Shown: piece by piece, positions 42,307-55,713 of the stretch
Numbering within the stretch: the first letter of the stretch is position 1
Layout of the letters: each line of letters starts with the position of its first letter
Assembly: GCA_951406725.2 (NCBI GenBank)
Contig: OX597827.1
Span: 16,430,001-16,494,000 of the forward strand
Origin: Octopus vulgaris
Lineage: Eukaryota
Direction: 5' to 3'
DNA: 64,000 nucleotides
The notes under the pieces: model-generated
Told to the model about the DNA's origin: nothing
Seen by the model: the letters and a program-made list of their open reading frames with translations, nothing else
Databases searched by the model: none
Made by a program: the position numbers and the translations under genes

Positions 42307-42682
42307 TGCATACGTATGTATGTATATAAATATGAGGACATATATATATGTATATATATGTCTATATATTTATGTATATATATATGCATAGATATATAGA
42401 CATGCATACATATATGTATATATGTTTATATATATATAAGCATATAAATATGTTTAAATACATGCTCATTTATACGCATCTATTTAATAATGTCTATTTA
42501 TTTATATATATGCGTATATGTTGGAGAGAGAGGGAGAAGGAGACGGAGAAGGAGAGAGAGAAAGGGGAGAGGGGGAAGGATAAAAGGAATAAGAGAGAAA
42601 AGGAAGGAGAAATAGAGGAAAGGAGAGAAAGAAGGAAGGAGAGACAGGGAGAGAGGACGCGCGCGAGAGAGAAGGAGTGAGT

Positions 42683-42713
<31 letters not shown>

Positions 42714-43274
42714 CTAGTTTGGTGTCCGGTTATCTATTTTGATTCCGAAAGCTACACAATTTTTACGAAATTTTGCAGAAATAGGTTTTTGTTGGAGTAG
42801 ATTATAATTACGATGATGAAATTTAGAAAAATAATATCTTATTTATTGCAACTGTACAAATGAATCATTTGTTTTATCCAATTTTATTCTCAAATTTATA
42901 AATATTCTTCTTTTGAAAATTAAAACGTATTTTGTCATTTTGTATAAGTAGCAAGAAATTTGATGAAAGTCAAATTATAATTATTACTTATACGGCATAG
43001 TTTCTGGTATTACCTATTTTGGCAAAATTATACTTCCAAAGTTATTCTGCATGTAACGAGTAACATGTATGGAACACAGCAAACGGAAACCGTCGAAACA
43101 CGACATGCGGAATAAAAGGACGATAGCACGACAATGGTAAACAAGATACACGGATCGTTCGCGGCCAATTGCCTCTTCAGTCGGAGTCCAGAATGTCTTT
43201 GCAGTTTCGTCCATTTATCTCTGATAATATTCGAAACCGGCTGGGATAGGGACTTAAGCTAAAAGCATTACACC

Positions 43275-43775
43275 TCTGTTTCAGTTTCCGTCTACCAAAT
43301 TCACTCACAAGGCTTTTGGGTTGGCTCGAGGCTATAGGTGGAGACACTTGCCCAAGGTGCCATGCAGCGGAACTGAACCCAAAACCATGTGGTTAGGAAG
43401 CAAGCTTCTTACCACACAGCCACGCCTGCGCCTTTTATTTTTTACTTGTTTCAGTCATTAGACTGCGCCTTTAAGAATTTTTAATCGAATGAATCGACCC
43501 CCAGCATTTATTTTTTAAAGCCTAGTGCTTATTCTATCGGTGTCTTTTGCCGAACCGCTAAGTTGCAGGGACGTAAACACGCCAACACCAGTTGTCAAGT
43601 TGTGATGATGGGGTGATAAACTCAGATACAAACACACACACACACACACACATATACGATGGGCCTGTTTCAGTTTCCGACTACCAAATCCATTCACAAG
43701 ATTTTGGTCGGTCCGAGGCTATAGTAAAAGACACTTGCAAAAGGTTCCACGCACTGTGACTGAACCCGGAATCCT
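43275..43775 (-). mobile_element. Two SINE family A copies in tandem
   Basis: Family match at 43275-43433 and 43440-43775. Confidence 0.8.
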
Positions 43776-43779
43776 GTGA

Positions 43780-44512
43780 GATATCATCTTGGCTCGGCTT
43801 CGCGAACGAAGATCAGGAAGGCTGTCCACGTCGCGTGCATGCACGCTCATGACTGACAAGTCCGATATGGGAAAGGCAGGTCCGTGAGCAGTGTCCACAT
43901 ACGAAGGTAACATCCGGTGTGGTGTCAGAGGCGGTTCGCGCCTTCCTACTGCGTCTCTTGTCTTTAAGTGCATCTCTTCTTTGTTCCTCAGATTTGCTGA
44001 CTGCGTTGAAGATTGTGTGGCGCGAGACATCACGGTCCGCAGCCAGGTCTGACCGACCAGCATAGGTGGTTAATTTGGCATGCTGTTAGAGACTTCTTGA
44101 GGCAGTCTTTGTAGCGCTTCCTCGGAGCTCCTCTCACTTGGTGGTCGGTAGAGAGTTCGCCAAGCAAGGCAATCTTTGGAAGGCGATGGTTCTCCATTCT
44201 GAAGACATGCCCTGCCCATCGGAGGTGGGACTTCAGTAGCATGGCTTCAATGCTGGGGATCTCGGCCCGCTCCAAGACCTCAATGTTTGTGACGAAGTCA
44301 CTCCAGTGAGTGTTGAGGACTGTGCGGAGACATCGCTGGTGGAAGCGCTCAAGGAGACGGATGTGACTGCGGTAAGTGATCCAGGTCTCTGAGACGTAGA
44401 GAAGAGTGGTGAGAATCACGGCCCTGTAGACACTGATCTTTGTTTTGTTCTTCAGGCCACCATTGTGCCAAACACGTTTGTACAATCTGCCAAAGGAGCT
44501 ATTTGCCTTAGA
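43780..44512 (-). mobile_element. RTE-clade LINE ORF C-terminal fragment
   Basis: KTKISVYRAVILTTLLYVSETW...LERFHQRCLR...LRWAGHV.RM...RLPK...GAPRKRYKD; C-terminal C2HC-like CGHCSRTC...SHERAC after frameshifts. Confidence 0.9.
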
Positions 44513-45251
44513 TGTGAGATATATATATATATATTATATATATATACACATACAGTCCCTATTGAACACACTTAAACGGACTGTCAAACTCATATACACA
44601 ATCATTCAGCTTATACACACACACACACACACATACACATATGCTCAATCAGTTTAACTCAGTCAGACGCACACCTATATATAATATATCCGCTTAAACT
44701 CACGTCGCATGTACTCAGACACACATAGAAACATACGCGAACATACAAATTAAAGAGACAGTCGCCACTCGACAAGTAAAAAACAGTAATGTCTGACGAC
44801 AAAATGGCGACGGTCAACTCGCAGTTTATCGATCGAAAGAGGAGGCAATGAATTGGTGTGTCATTCACTTCCCGTATTTATCGAATTTCTGATGAAAAAG
44901 GAAATGGAAAAAAAATATATGATAAAAATAAAAATATAAAATAGAGAAAGGTGTTTAAAAGAAGAAATGAATCTAATTAATAATAATATCGGAATAAAAT
45001 GAAATGATATAAAGAAAAGCCACCAATCAAATGAAGCAAAAACGCATAGAAAGAAATATAGGCAAAAGCGCCTCAAGTTATGGAAAACAAGCCAGAAGTG
45101 TCCGACTGGTCGAGTGTGTTTAAGTACGTATGTGTATGAGTAAGTGTGAGTGTGTGACTGTGTTTGTGTGTGATTGTGTGTGTGTGCGGTTGAGTATATA
45201 TGAGTGTGTCTATGGACATGCACGTGTGTGCGTGAGTGTTGGAATGTATGC

Positions 45252-45304
<53 letters not shown>

Positions 45305-45305
<1 letters not shown>

Positions 45306-45717
45306 AGGCGTAGGAGTGGCTGTGTGGTAAGTAGCTTGCTTACGAACCACATGGTTCTGGGCTTAGTCCCACTGCATGGCACCTTGGGCAAGTGTCTTCT
45401 ACTATGGCCTCGGGTAGACCAAAGCCTTGTGAGTGGATTTGGTAGACGAAAACTGAAAGAAGCCCGTCGTATATATGTATATATATATATGTGTGTGTAT
45501 ATGTTTGTGTGTCTGTGTTTGTTCCCCCAACATCGCTTGACAACCGATGGTGTTGGATTTACGTTTCCGTAACTTAGCGGTTCGGCAAAAGAGACGGATA
45601 AAATAAGTACTAGGCTTCAAAAGAATAAGTCCTGGGGGCGATTTGCTCGACTAAAGGCGGTACTCCAGCATGGCCGCAGTCAAATGACTGAAACAAGTAA
45701 AAGAGTAAGAGTAAAAG
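45305..45717 (+). mobile_element. SINE family A
   Basis: Full-length family match. Confidence 0.9.
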
Positions 45718-45781
45718 ATATATATATATATATGAATGTGTGCGCGAATGTATGTGCGTTTAAATACGTATATGTGTGTGT

Positions 45782-46150
45782 ACCCAGTGGATAGGGCAGC
45801 CTACTCGCGGTCGTAGGATCGCGGTTTCGATTCTCAGACCAGGCATTGTGTGTGTTTATTGAGCGAAAACACGTAAAGCTCCACGCGGCCGCGTCAGGGG
45901 GTGGTGGCGAACCCTGCTGTAACTTTGTCACCACAACTTCCTCTCACTTTTTCTTCCTGTTTCTGTTGTACCTGTATTTTAAAGGGCCAGCCTTGTCACA
46001 CTCTCTGTCACGCTACATCTCCCCGAGAACTACATTAAGGGTACACATGTCTGCGGAGTATTCAGCCACTTGCACGTTAATTTCATGAGCAGGCTTCTCC
46101 ATTGATCGGATCAGCTGGAACATTCGTCGTCGTAACCGACGGAGTGCCAC
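45782..46150 (+). mobile_element. tRNA-derived SINE family C head with tail type iii
   Basis: Head and body match 245-560 and 49768; tail matches 26410-26595. Confidence 0.8.
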
Positions 46151-46152
46151 GA

Positions 46153-46191
<39 letters not shown>

Positions 46192-46194
<3 letters not shown>

Positions 46195-46932
46195 TCGTCA
46201 TCATCATCATCATCATTTAGTGTCCGCTTTCCATGCTAGCATGGGTTGGACGGTTCAACTGGGGTCTGGGAAGCCAGAAGGCTGCACCAGGCCCAGTCTG
46301 ATCTGGCAATGTTTCTACGGCTGTATGCCCTTCCTAATGCCAACCACTCCATGAGTGTAGTGGGTGCTTTTTACGTGCCACCGGCACAGCTGCCAGAAGA
46401 GTCTGGCAAACGGCCACGATCGGATGGTGCTTTTTATGTGTCATCGGCACAAGGGCCAGGTGAGGCTGGCAACGGCCACGAACGGATGGTGCTTTTTACG
46501 TGCCACCGGCACGAGGCCAGTCGGGGCGGCGCTACAGGTACCAGACGAGTCTGGCAAACGGTCACGATCGGATGGTGCTTTTTATGTGCCACCGGCACAA
46601 GGGCCAGGTGAGGCTGGCAACGGCCACGAACGGATGGTGCTTTTTACGTGCCACCGGCACGAGGCCAGTCGGGGCGGCGCTACAGGTACCAGACGAGTCT
46701 GGCAAACGGTCACGATCGGATGGTGCTTTTTATGTGCCACCGGCACAAGGGCCAGGTGAGGCTGGCAACGGCCACGAACGGATGGTGCTTTTTACGTGCC
46801 ACCGGCATGAGGCCAGTCGGGGCGGCGCTACAGGTGCCAGACGAGTCTGGCAAACGGCCACGATCGGATGGTGCTTTTTATGTGCCACCGGCACAAGGGC
46901 CAGGCGAGGCTGGCAACGGCCACGAACGGATG
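46192..46932 (-). mobile_element. RTE-related SINE 3' part with internal 148-bp (62+86) GC-rich tandem array
   Basis: (GAT)n tail on minus strand; GGATGGTGCTTTTTATGTG recurs at 46422, 46570, 46718 and 46866. Confidence 0.8.
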
Positions 46933-47475
46933 ATATCTATATGTATATTTATATGCGTGTGTGTAAACACGTCTGCGTGTGTATGTATGCAAACGTGTGT
47001 ATAAGCGTTTAACTATATAAATGTGAGAGCGTTCAATGATAATACATGGCGAGGAATGCATTTATATATTTTTGTGTATGTATGTTATTACTCGTATGTT
47101 AGTACGGTGCTCTTTGTGTATATATGTGAGAGGCTCGCTGTATTTGTGTCTGTGTGTACGTGTGCGTGTATGTGGGGTGTGTGAGTGCGAATTTGGGATT
47201 TGAAGTGCTCTGATAGATCGTGTTGGCTGTTATCTCGTAGTCGGAGAAAGTCGGTGGAAACAGGAAGGAAGGCAGCTAATAACATAACTCTTTAATCATA
47301 TGAATTCACTCGTCATTCTTAAAATCCACCGCTTACAAACTGTACGGACACACAGACGTACGTACGTGCTGAAATTGATGGCAGTGTTTTTATGTGCACA
47401 CAGGCTTACAAGCATACACTACACACATAACACACGTATATACAGACACGCACACACGCTAACAGGAGCCGTCAG

Positions 47476-47529
<54 letters not shown>

Positions 47530-47590
47530 TCACATATACATGTGTGTGTGTGTGTGTGCATATATATGTATGTCTACGTATATATATATT

Positions 47591-47637
<47 letters not shown>

Positions 47638-47762
47638 TATATTTATATTTTTATAAACATATATATATATATGTATGTATATGTATATAAACATACATAT
47701 ATGTATACATATTTGAATATATGTATATATGTATATGTATATATATATATATAAATATATAC

Positions 47763-47809
<47 letters not shown>

Positions 47810-47845
47810 AGCATGTATATGTAAATATATATATGTATGCAAATG

Positions 47846-47899
<54 letters not shown>

Positions 47900-48289
47900 C
47901 ACACATATTTTTACGGACAGAAAGAGAGAGAAAGAAAGGGGGAGAGAGAGAGAGAGAGATTTGTGTCGATACATATATACATGTATGCTTGTATGTATGT
48001 TTTTATGTATGGTTTTATATGTATATATATATATATATATAAACGCAAAAACATGTGTGTGTATATGTATATATATGTACATATGCATACATATATGCAT
48101 ATATGTATGTACGTATATGTGTGTGCGAACGCGTATGTGTATGTGAATGTGTGTGTGTGTGTTTGTGTCATATTCTCATTGGAATGTATGCAAAACTCTG
48201 CATCAGTTTTCCCGTCTGTCTCTCTGATTTTGTATTAAAAACAAGGCAACAAAAACGTCAAATGAGAAAAAAACAAACACTTTTTGTTT

Positions 48290-48480
48290 ACCGCCGCCAC
48301 CACCGCCACCACCATCACCACCACAATCACCACCACCACTACTACCCACCACCACCACCACCACTACCACCATCACCACTACTACGACCACCATCACCAC
48401 TACTACCACGACCACCACGACCACGACCACCATCATCACCACCACCACCACCACCACCATCACCACTACTACCCACTACC

Positions 48481-48512
<32 letters not shown>

Positions 48513-48593
48513 CAACAACGACAACCTCCACCACCACCACAACCAACAACCACCACCATCACCACCACCACCACCACCACCACCATTAACACG

Positions 48594-48654
<61 letters not shown>

Positions 48655-48675
48655 GCAGCAGCAACAACAACAACA
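48290..48675. repeat. (CAC)/(CAA)n trinucleotide region
   Basis: Direct inspection. Confidence 0.92.
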
Positions 48676-48876
48676 CTCACCCCTCACTCCTCAAACGAAA
48701 TCCTTTTTGAAGCCTTTAGTTAGCCAACATTTTTCGAAATGGAAGCGAAACGGCAGCATTTCTATAAAGGAGTCGGTTTATGGTTTGTAATTCGCAAAGT
48801 AGGCAGTTTATGTACAACAGGTAAATCTTGTGTCAGTAAGTAATTCTCAACGGTCACTTGCAATCGTAAGTGCTGT

Positions 48877-48926
<50 letters not shown>

Positions 48927-49337
48927 TCACTCACTCACGATGTCTATTTGAGCGAGCAAGGATGGACGACGATAAACATTTATTTATTTATATCACGCAG
49001 TAGTGTACACATAAATAGATTCAATTACATGACCATTCCTGACCAGATATGTCCAGTATAGTCCAGCTTTTATCAATGGATATAGTTAGATGGACAATAT
49101 TGAGCTTCAGGGTGGCCGTAGGTAAAAATCCAGAGATTTATGCAATATCTACGTATGTCTTTCACTAATGTTATTAGCGAAATGTAATAAAAATACTAAA
49201 TAGCGAACATAGGTAATAAATGACTCCGCTTCACTATTGAAAACTAACTTATTACGATGTGGAGCCGGCCAAGCGCGAAAGACTGACAGAATTATTGGAG
49301 CATGGGATTAAAATACCTTAATATATTTTGTGTGTAG

Positions 49338-49755
49338 GAAGGCGGCGAGCTGGCAGAAACATTAGTACGTCGGGCGAAATGCTTAGCGGTATTTCGTCTG
49401 CCGTTACGTTGTGAGTTCAAATTCCGCCGAGGTCGACTTTGCCTTTCATCTCTTCGGGGTCGATTAAATAAGTACCAGTTACGGACTGGGGTCGATGTAA
49501 TCGACTTAATACCTATGTCTGTCCTTGTTTGTCCCCTCTGTGTTTAGCCCCTTGTGGGTAATAAAGGAATAGGTATTTCTTCTGCCGTTACGTTCTGAGT
49601 TCAAATTCCGCCGAGGTCGACTTTGCCTTTCATCCTTTCGGGGTCGATAAATTAAGCACCAGTAACGCATTGGGGTCGATGTAATCGATTTAATCCCTTT
49701 GTCTGTCCTTGTTTGTCCCCTCTTTGTTTAGCCCCTTGTGGGTAATAAAGAAATA
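49338..49755 (+). mobile_element. SINE family B dimer (184-bp period)
   Basis: Units at 49388 and 49572. Confidence 0.9.
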
Positions 49756-49767
49756 TATTTTATGTGC

Positions 49768-50062
49768 AGGCACATGGCCAAGTGGTTAGAGCAGCGGACT
49801 CGGGATCGCGGGTTCGAATCTCAGACCGGGCAGTGTGTGTTTATGAGCGAAACACCTAAGCTCCACGCGGCTCCGGCAGAAGGTAATGGCGAATTTCTGC
49901 TGACTCTTTCGCCACAACTTTCTCTCACTCTTTCCTTCTGCATCTTGCAGCTCACCTGCGACGGACCGGCGTCCCGTCCAGGTGTGGAACCTATATGCCA
50001 AGGAAACCGGGAAACCGGCTCTTATGAGCCAGGCATGGCTTGAGAAGGAGCAAACAACAACA
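49768..50062 (+). mobile_element. tRNA-derived SINE family C, tail type ii
   Basis: TGGCCAAGTGGTTAG and GGTTCGAATCT boxes; (CAA)n tail. Confidence 0.87.
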
Positions 50063-50150
50063 ATATATTTTATACTGTATTTTCAGATTTTACGTTGTAA
50101 GTTCAAATCTCACCGAGTTTAGGTGTCTTTTGTCCTTCCGGTTTCAATAA

Positions 50151-50381
50151 CACTGGTCAACAAAATTAAATGTATTATATTCATTTACTTGTTTCAGTCA
50201 TTTGACTGTGGTCATGCTGGAGCACCGCCTTTAGTCGAGCAAATCAACCCCAGGACTTATTCTTTGTAAGCCTAGTACTCATTCTATCGGTCTCTTTTTC
50301 CGAACCGCTAAGTGACGGGGACGTAAACACACCAGCATCGGTTGTCAAGCGATGTTGGGGGCGGACAAACACAACACATAA

Positions 50382-50464
<83 letters not shown>

Positions 50465-51320
50465 CGACGGGCTTCCTTCAGTTTCTGACTACCAAATCCA
50501 CTCACAAGGCTTTGGTCGGCCCAAGGCTATAGTAGAAGACACTTGCCCAAGGTGCCACGCAGTGGGACTGAACCCGGAACCATGTGTTTCGTAAGCAAGC
50601 TACTTACCACACAGTCACCCCTACGCTCTATACTCATTATCAATGCAAGCCAACTTTTTAAGACTAATTGTTCATGCTGATTTCAAAATTTCACTCCAAT
50701 TGTATGCAGCACGTATCAATTTTTCAGTAGATACATGCAAATATTTACATATTTGTATATATGAAATCATTAACGTAATAAATAAGGACATTATTTTTAG
50801 AAAGTAAATGAGTTTATTGAGTTAAAAATCATTAATATCATTCTACAATGAGTGAATACACACAAAAAAAATGGGTCAGGCAAAACAGACAAAGTTAGAA
50901 CAACAGAGTTAGAAACATTGTGATTTGGATTTCCTGCGGTGTTCCTGATCTGGTTGATCACAGTAAAGTGTCCAACAGTAGTCGGCCAGCATATTGTCAT
51001 TCCAGAAGCTTTGGTACCGTTTCTCCATAGCACCAATGTCCTGGGGAAATCTTTCACCATGTTCATCAGACACTGGTCCGAGGTCATCTGCGAAGAAATC
51101 CAAATGGGAGTCCAAAAAGTGAACTTTCAGTGACATGCGGCAACCCACTGCTGAATAACATATCAGAAAATTATTGATGCCATCCTGGTAGTCCATTGTC
51201 TTGTTGCCCAAGAAATGTTCACAGATCCAATTGAAAGTATTCCAGGCAGGCAGTTCCAGTTCATCCGGTGTTCTCTTGAAGTTGACATCTTTGAGTACTT
51301 CTCTAATTTGAGGTCCAATT
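50151..51320 (-). mobile_element. Chapaev3-like DNA transposon 3' part (transposase C-terminus at about 50909-51320)
   Basis: IGPQIR...MSLKVHFLDSHLDFF...VSDEHGERF.QDI..MEKRYQ..W...MLADYCW; putative terminus CACTGGTCAACAAA at 50151. Family assignment from recall of the motif. Confidence 0.72.
50183..50627 (-). mobile_element. SINE family A
   Basis: Family match; lies just inside the putative DNA-transposon end. Confidence 0.88.
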
Positions 51321-51367
51321 TATCTGAAAATTGTTGGCCTTATGCAAAAATTTGAAACCGTTATAAC

Positions 51368-51480
51368 AGTGGAGCCTTGGTTTACGAAAGCCTCTCATCA
51401 CGAACAAATCGGTTTACGAACAATTTTTCGAATATAAAACGTCTCGGATAACAAACGGTGTCTCGTGTAGCGAACATTAT
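51368..51480. mobile_element. pogo/Tigger-like terminal fragment
   Basis: CAGTGGAGCCTTGGTTTACGAA...GGTTTACGAAC. Confidence 0.5.
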
Positions 51481-51702
51481 TATTAGTTGTTGTTGACATT
51501 GGGTATGTCTCACTTGTTTTTTTTTTGTGTCACTTTAAAAAATTTAGTTTAATGGAATTTGACGGAAAATCTTACTTTTTGGAATGTTTACGAATAAGGA
51601 ACTCTAAAAAATGTTGAAATTTTGCGCTAACATCTCGTCGTAGCCGATAAAGTTTGTTTCTATTTTTAAACGTAAATATTTTTCGTGTCCTCATATATAC
51701 AG

Positions 51703-51734
51703 CATCATCATCATCACCATCATCATCATCATCG

Positions 51735-51789
<55 letters not shown>

Positions 51790-51928
51790 AATCATCATCG
51801 CCATCATCATCATCATCTTCATCACCATCATCACCAACATCATCATCATCATCATCATCATAATCATCACCATCATCATCATCACCATCATCACCACCAT
51901 CATCATCATCATCATCACCACCATCATC

Positions 51929-51959
<31 letters not shown>

Positions 51960-52156
51960 CCATCATCACCACCATCATCATCATCACCATCATCACCATC
52001 ATCATCATCATAATCATCATCATCATCATCAACACCATCATCAACATCATCATCATCATCATCATCATCGTCATCGTCATCATCATCATTATCATCATCA
52101 CCATCATCACCATCATCATCATCACCACCATCATCATCATCATCATCACCACCACC

Positions 52157-52190
<34 letters not shown>

Positions 52191-52212
52191 TCATCATCAC
52201 CATCACCATCAC

Positions 52213-52256
<44 letters not shown>

Positions 52257-52283
52257 ACAACAGCAGCAGCAGCAGCAGCAGCA
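51703..52283. repeat. (CAT)/(CAC)n then (CAG)n trinucleotide array
   Basis: Direct inspection; source of poly-H/D/M ORFs. Confidence 0.96.
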
Positions 52284-52749
52284 ACCAAGAAACCCCCTTG
52301 AACAAATGATGAACAAAACAGGATTCATCAAAATGTGAACAGTCAAGAATGGACGAACAAACACATCTCTGTGAATGAAGAAGGAAATTATTCTCTGGAG
52401 ACTGATAATACAAAAACTGAATGTGGGTGATAGCATCAGTAGTAGTAGCAGCGATAGTAACATCAGCTTTCGCACACACACACATAAAAGCTCACAAACA
52501 CACATACAAACAGAAGCACATGTCCGGTGAGAATATACACAAAACTATTTCCCTAAATCTACGCCGAAATCTTGGTAAAATTACGTTGAATGCTATAAAA
52601 CTTACTTATCTGATAAATACATCCGAAACGTGGCCAAGATTTCATATTTAAGTTTATTGACAAATGGTAGGGGGCCTCCGGTGATTCTAGAGTTGTGTTC
52701 CTTAGTGTTTGTTGAGAGAACGGCTTTACATCTGGTGGCACAAGGGAAT

Positions 52750-52990
52750 ATGTCAAGCGGTGGTGGGGCAAACATAGACACAAAGGCACGCGCACACACA
52801 CACACACATACACATACACACACACACACATATATATATATGCGATGGGGCTTCTTTCAGTTTCCATCAACCAAATCCACTCACAAGACTTTGGTCGGAG
52901 ACACTTGTTGCCCAAGGTGCCACGCAGTGGGACTAAACCCGGGACCATGTGGTTAGGAAGCAAGCTCCTTAACTACACTGCCACGCTCAC
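52750..52990 (-). mobile_element. SINE family A, partial
   Basis: Family match. Confidence 0.75.
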
Positions 52991-53168
52991 GTCTACTGTA
53001 CACACATAAATTTTGACAGCAAAATCTTATGTGGACCCCTAGCGGCCATATGGACCCTGGTTGATAACCACTAGTTTAGTCGATTCAATCAACCCCAGTA
53101 CTTAACCGATACATTTGATTACACTGGTCAACAAGTATTTTCCCCTATGTCAAGGTGTACTTAATGTA

Positions 53169-53520
53169 TTGGGTTGTCCGGAAAGTTCGTGCCGATTTTT
53201 AAAGGAAAGAAAAAGGTCAATAAATACTCGCCATTACATTTTTAATCAACCAAATATGAACCATTTTATTGCACAATGCGTCTCCATCTTTCCTTTAACT
53301 TGAAAATACCCTCTTCCCAGAATTGATGTGGTTTCATGGCAAAGAATTCATCAAGGTATCTTTTTACGTCATCCAAGGAATTGAAATTTTTACCATTAAG
53401 ACTATTCTGCAGAGACCTGAATAAGTGGAAATCCGAAGGAGCAATATCTGGTGAATATAGAGGGTGGGTAACACATCCCAGCCGAGCTGCAGCAATTTTT
53501 GTCTGGTTCCCAAAGCATCA
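53169..53520 (-). mobile_element. mariner transposon 3' fragment
   Basis: Minus strand HPLYSPDIAPSDFHLFRSLQNSLNGKNF...WEEGIFKLKERW; TA then TIR TTGGGTTGTCCGGAAAGTTCGTGCCG. Confidence 0.85.
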
Positions 53521-54175
53521 AAAAAACAAAACAAAACAAAACAAAAAAAAACAAAAACACCATCCGGAAACAGCATAAGAGATCGGATCATCCATTGCTC
53601 CAAGAATTGACCAGGAGGCAGGAACCATACCCCGCAGCTATAGCCGGCAGCTACCCCATCGTTCTGCGATAACGAGAGGAAGTTGGAAAATTTATTAGGG
53701 GTGGTAGACTGCTGGAGACTGTATGAAAAGTAATCCACCCTTAGAAAAACACAGCCCCAACAGTTGGCCAAACAGAAAGTGCTTGCAGAAGCCAGTTCCC
53801 GCCTATGTATAGGGCTAGATTCACAACTTTTTTTTACCGAAGAGACGAAGAACTAATGGAGGGCGCACAGCATTTACACAACTATTATGAGACAAATTCA
53901 ACGCTGACTGACGAGAAGTTGGTCTCTAGTAACTTGGATCATGCAGCAGACATGATACTAATAAAAAATCCCCTTGCAGTTTGAACGAGTACAAAGCGGC
54001 TCTGTTGGAATTAATTTCTATAGAACGTGTTATTATATTGGGTGTGAGTTATGTAAGTGTATACGTGTTATTTTATTGGGCAATGATTGTGCCGAGCATT
54101 TATTGTGTATTGTGGTGTTACAATATTGGGTGACGACGATAGAAATGTTTATTATTTGTAATAATTATACTAATC

Positions 54176-54975
54176 AGGCGGCAACCTGGCAGAATCGTTA
54201 GCGCGCCGGACAAAATACGTAACAGCATTCTGCCGGTCTTTACGCTCGGAGTTCAAATTCCGCTGAGATCGACTTTACCCTTTACTATTCCTCTGTTGAT
54301 AAAACAAGTGCCAGTTGAGCACTGCGGTCGATGTAATGGACTAGCTCACTACCCGCCCTCAAATTTCAGGTTTTATGACTATAGAGGAAAGAGTTATTAG
54401 TAATATAAATGTGGTGGATTATGGAGGCGAGCTTGCGATATTTCGTCTGCCGCTACGTTCTGAGTTCAAATTCTGCCGAGGTCGACTTTGCCTTTCATCC
54501 TTTCGGGGTCGATTAAATAAGTACCAGTTACGCACTGGGGTCGCTATAACCGACTTAAACCGTTTGTCTGTCCTTGTTTGTCCTCTCTGTGTTTAGCCCC
54601 TTGTGGGTAGTAAAGAAATATGTATTTCGTCTGCCGCTACGTTCTGAGTTCAAATTCCGCCGAGGTCGACTTTGCCTTTCATCCTTTCGAGGTCGATTAA
54701 ATAAGTACCAGTTATGCACTGGGGTCGATGCAGTCGACTTAATCCCTTTGCCTGTACTTGTTTGTCCCCTCTATGTTTAACCCCCTGTGGGAATAAAGAA
54801 ATATATATAAATGTGGGGGATAAGCAGAAATCATTAGAACGTCAGAAAAAATGCCTATCAGTATTTCTTTCAGCTGTTTAAGTTCTGAGTTCAAATGCGG
54901 CTCAAGCCAACTTTAGTTTTCACCATTTCGGAATTAATAACAAAGCGACAACAAAGTACCAGTTATGCTCTGGGA
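54176..54975 (+). mobile_element. SINE family B cluster including a 184-bp dimer
   Basis: Copies at 54176-54390, 54423-54800 (two units) and 54820-54975. Confidence 0.82.
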
Positions 54976-55223
54976 GCGAATAATCGTTTCTTCCATACGA
55001 ATTTCTGGCCTTGTCATTACCCAAGAAACGAAGCATGCTACGAAGAACTAAACGCAAGATATTACCTGCGCTTCTGTTTTTTTCTTGTTCATTTCGATGT
55101 CAGAACTACTCAAGGGAACTTCTAGTCATCTAAACGTTGGGCGTGTGGGTGAATGTGGTACGCAGCCTGATTCTTTAGAGGTACAGAACCTTATGTAGTA
55201 TGATAGACAAGGTAGAGGAAAGA

Positions 55224-55287
<64 letters not shown>

Positions 55288-55297
<10 letters not shown>

Positions 55298-55713
55298 GTG
55301 TGGAAGAAATGGAGCTGAACGAAGATTTAACAAAATTCCTTTTTATTATTTTCTACATATGTTTCGAAGGCTGCAAAGTCCCTAATTCGGATTGAATAAG
55401 GAGTCCATTTTGCAGAAGAGACTCCTTATTCAATCCGAATTTTGCAAAATGGACTCCTTATTCAATCCGAATTAGGGACTTTGTAGCCTTCGAAACATAT
55501 GTAGAAAATAATAAAAAGGAATTTTGTTAAATCTTCGTTCAGCTCCATTTCTTCCTACACTTAATATATAAAACTTCAAATTTCCGCACTAAGGCACGGA
55601 TTTTATGCCCCATGGTCGTAACTTCAACCGTGCTTTTTCTGTTGTGATTTTTGCTACCCAGGTATCGGTTATCATTTGAATTATCCGTAATAAGATAATT
55701 CATTTATCTACTT

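Noticed and set aside
43150-43190. Minus-strand CTGAAGA-GGC-AATTG-GCC
   Set aside because: GAAA replaced by GCGAA and no stem I pairing.
46246-47012. Overlapping ORFs in the GC-rich array
   Set aside because: The 148-bp period is not a multiple of 3; the array lies in a SINE.
48055-48723. Pro/His/Thr-rich 222-aa ORF
   Set aside because: Built from dinucleotide and trinucleotide repeats.
49768-49830. tRNA-like sequence (also 490-560, 25895-25960)
   Set aside because: A and B boxes present but no proper cloverleaf; these are SINE heads.
51572-52485. Poly-His, poly-Asp and poly-Met ORFs of 217-264 aa
   Set aside because: Translations of a (CAT)n microsatellite open in several frames; no splice or domain evidence.
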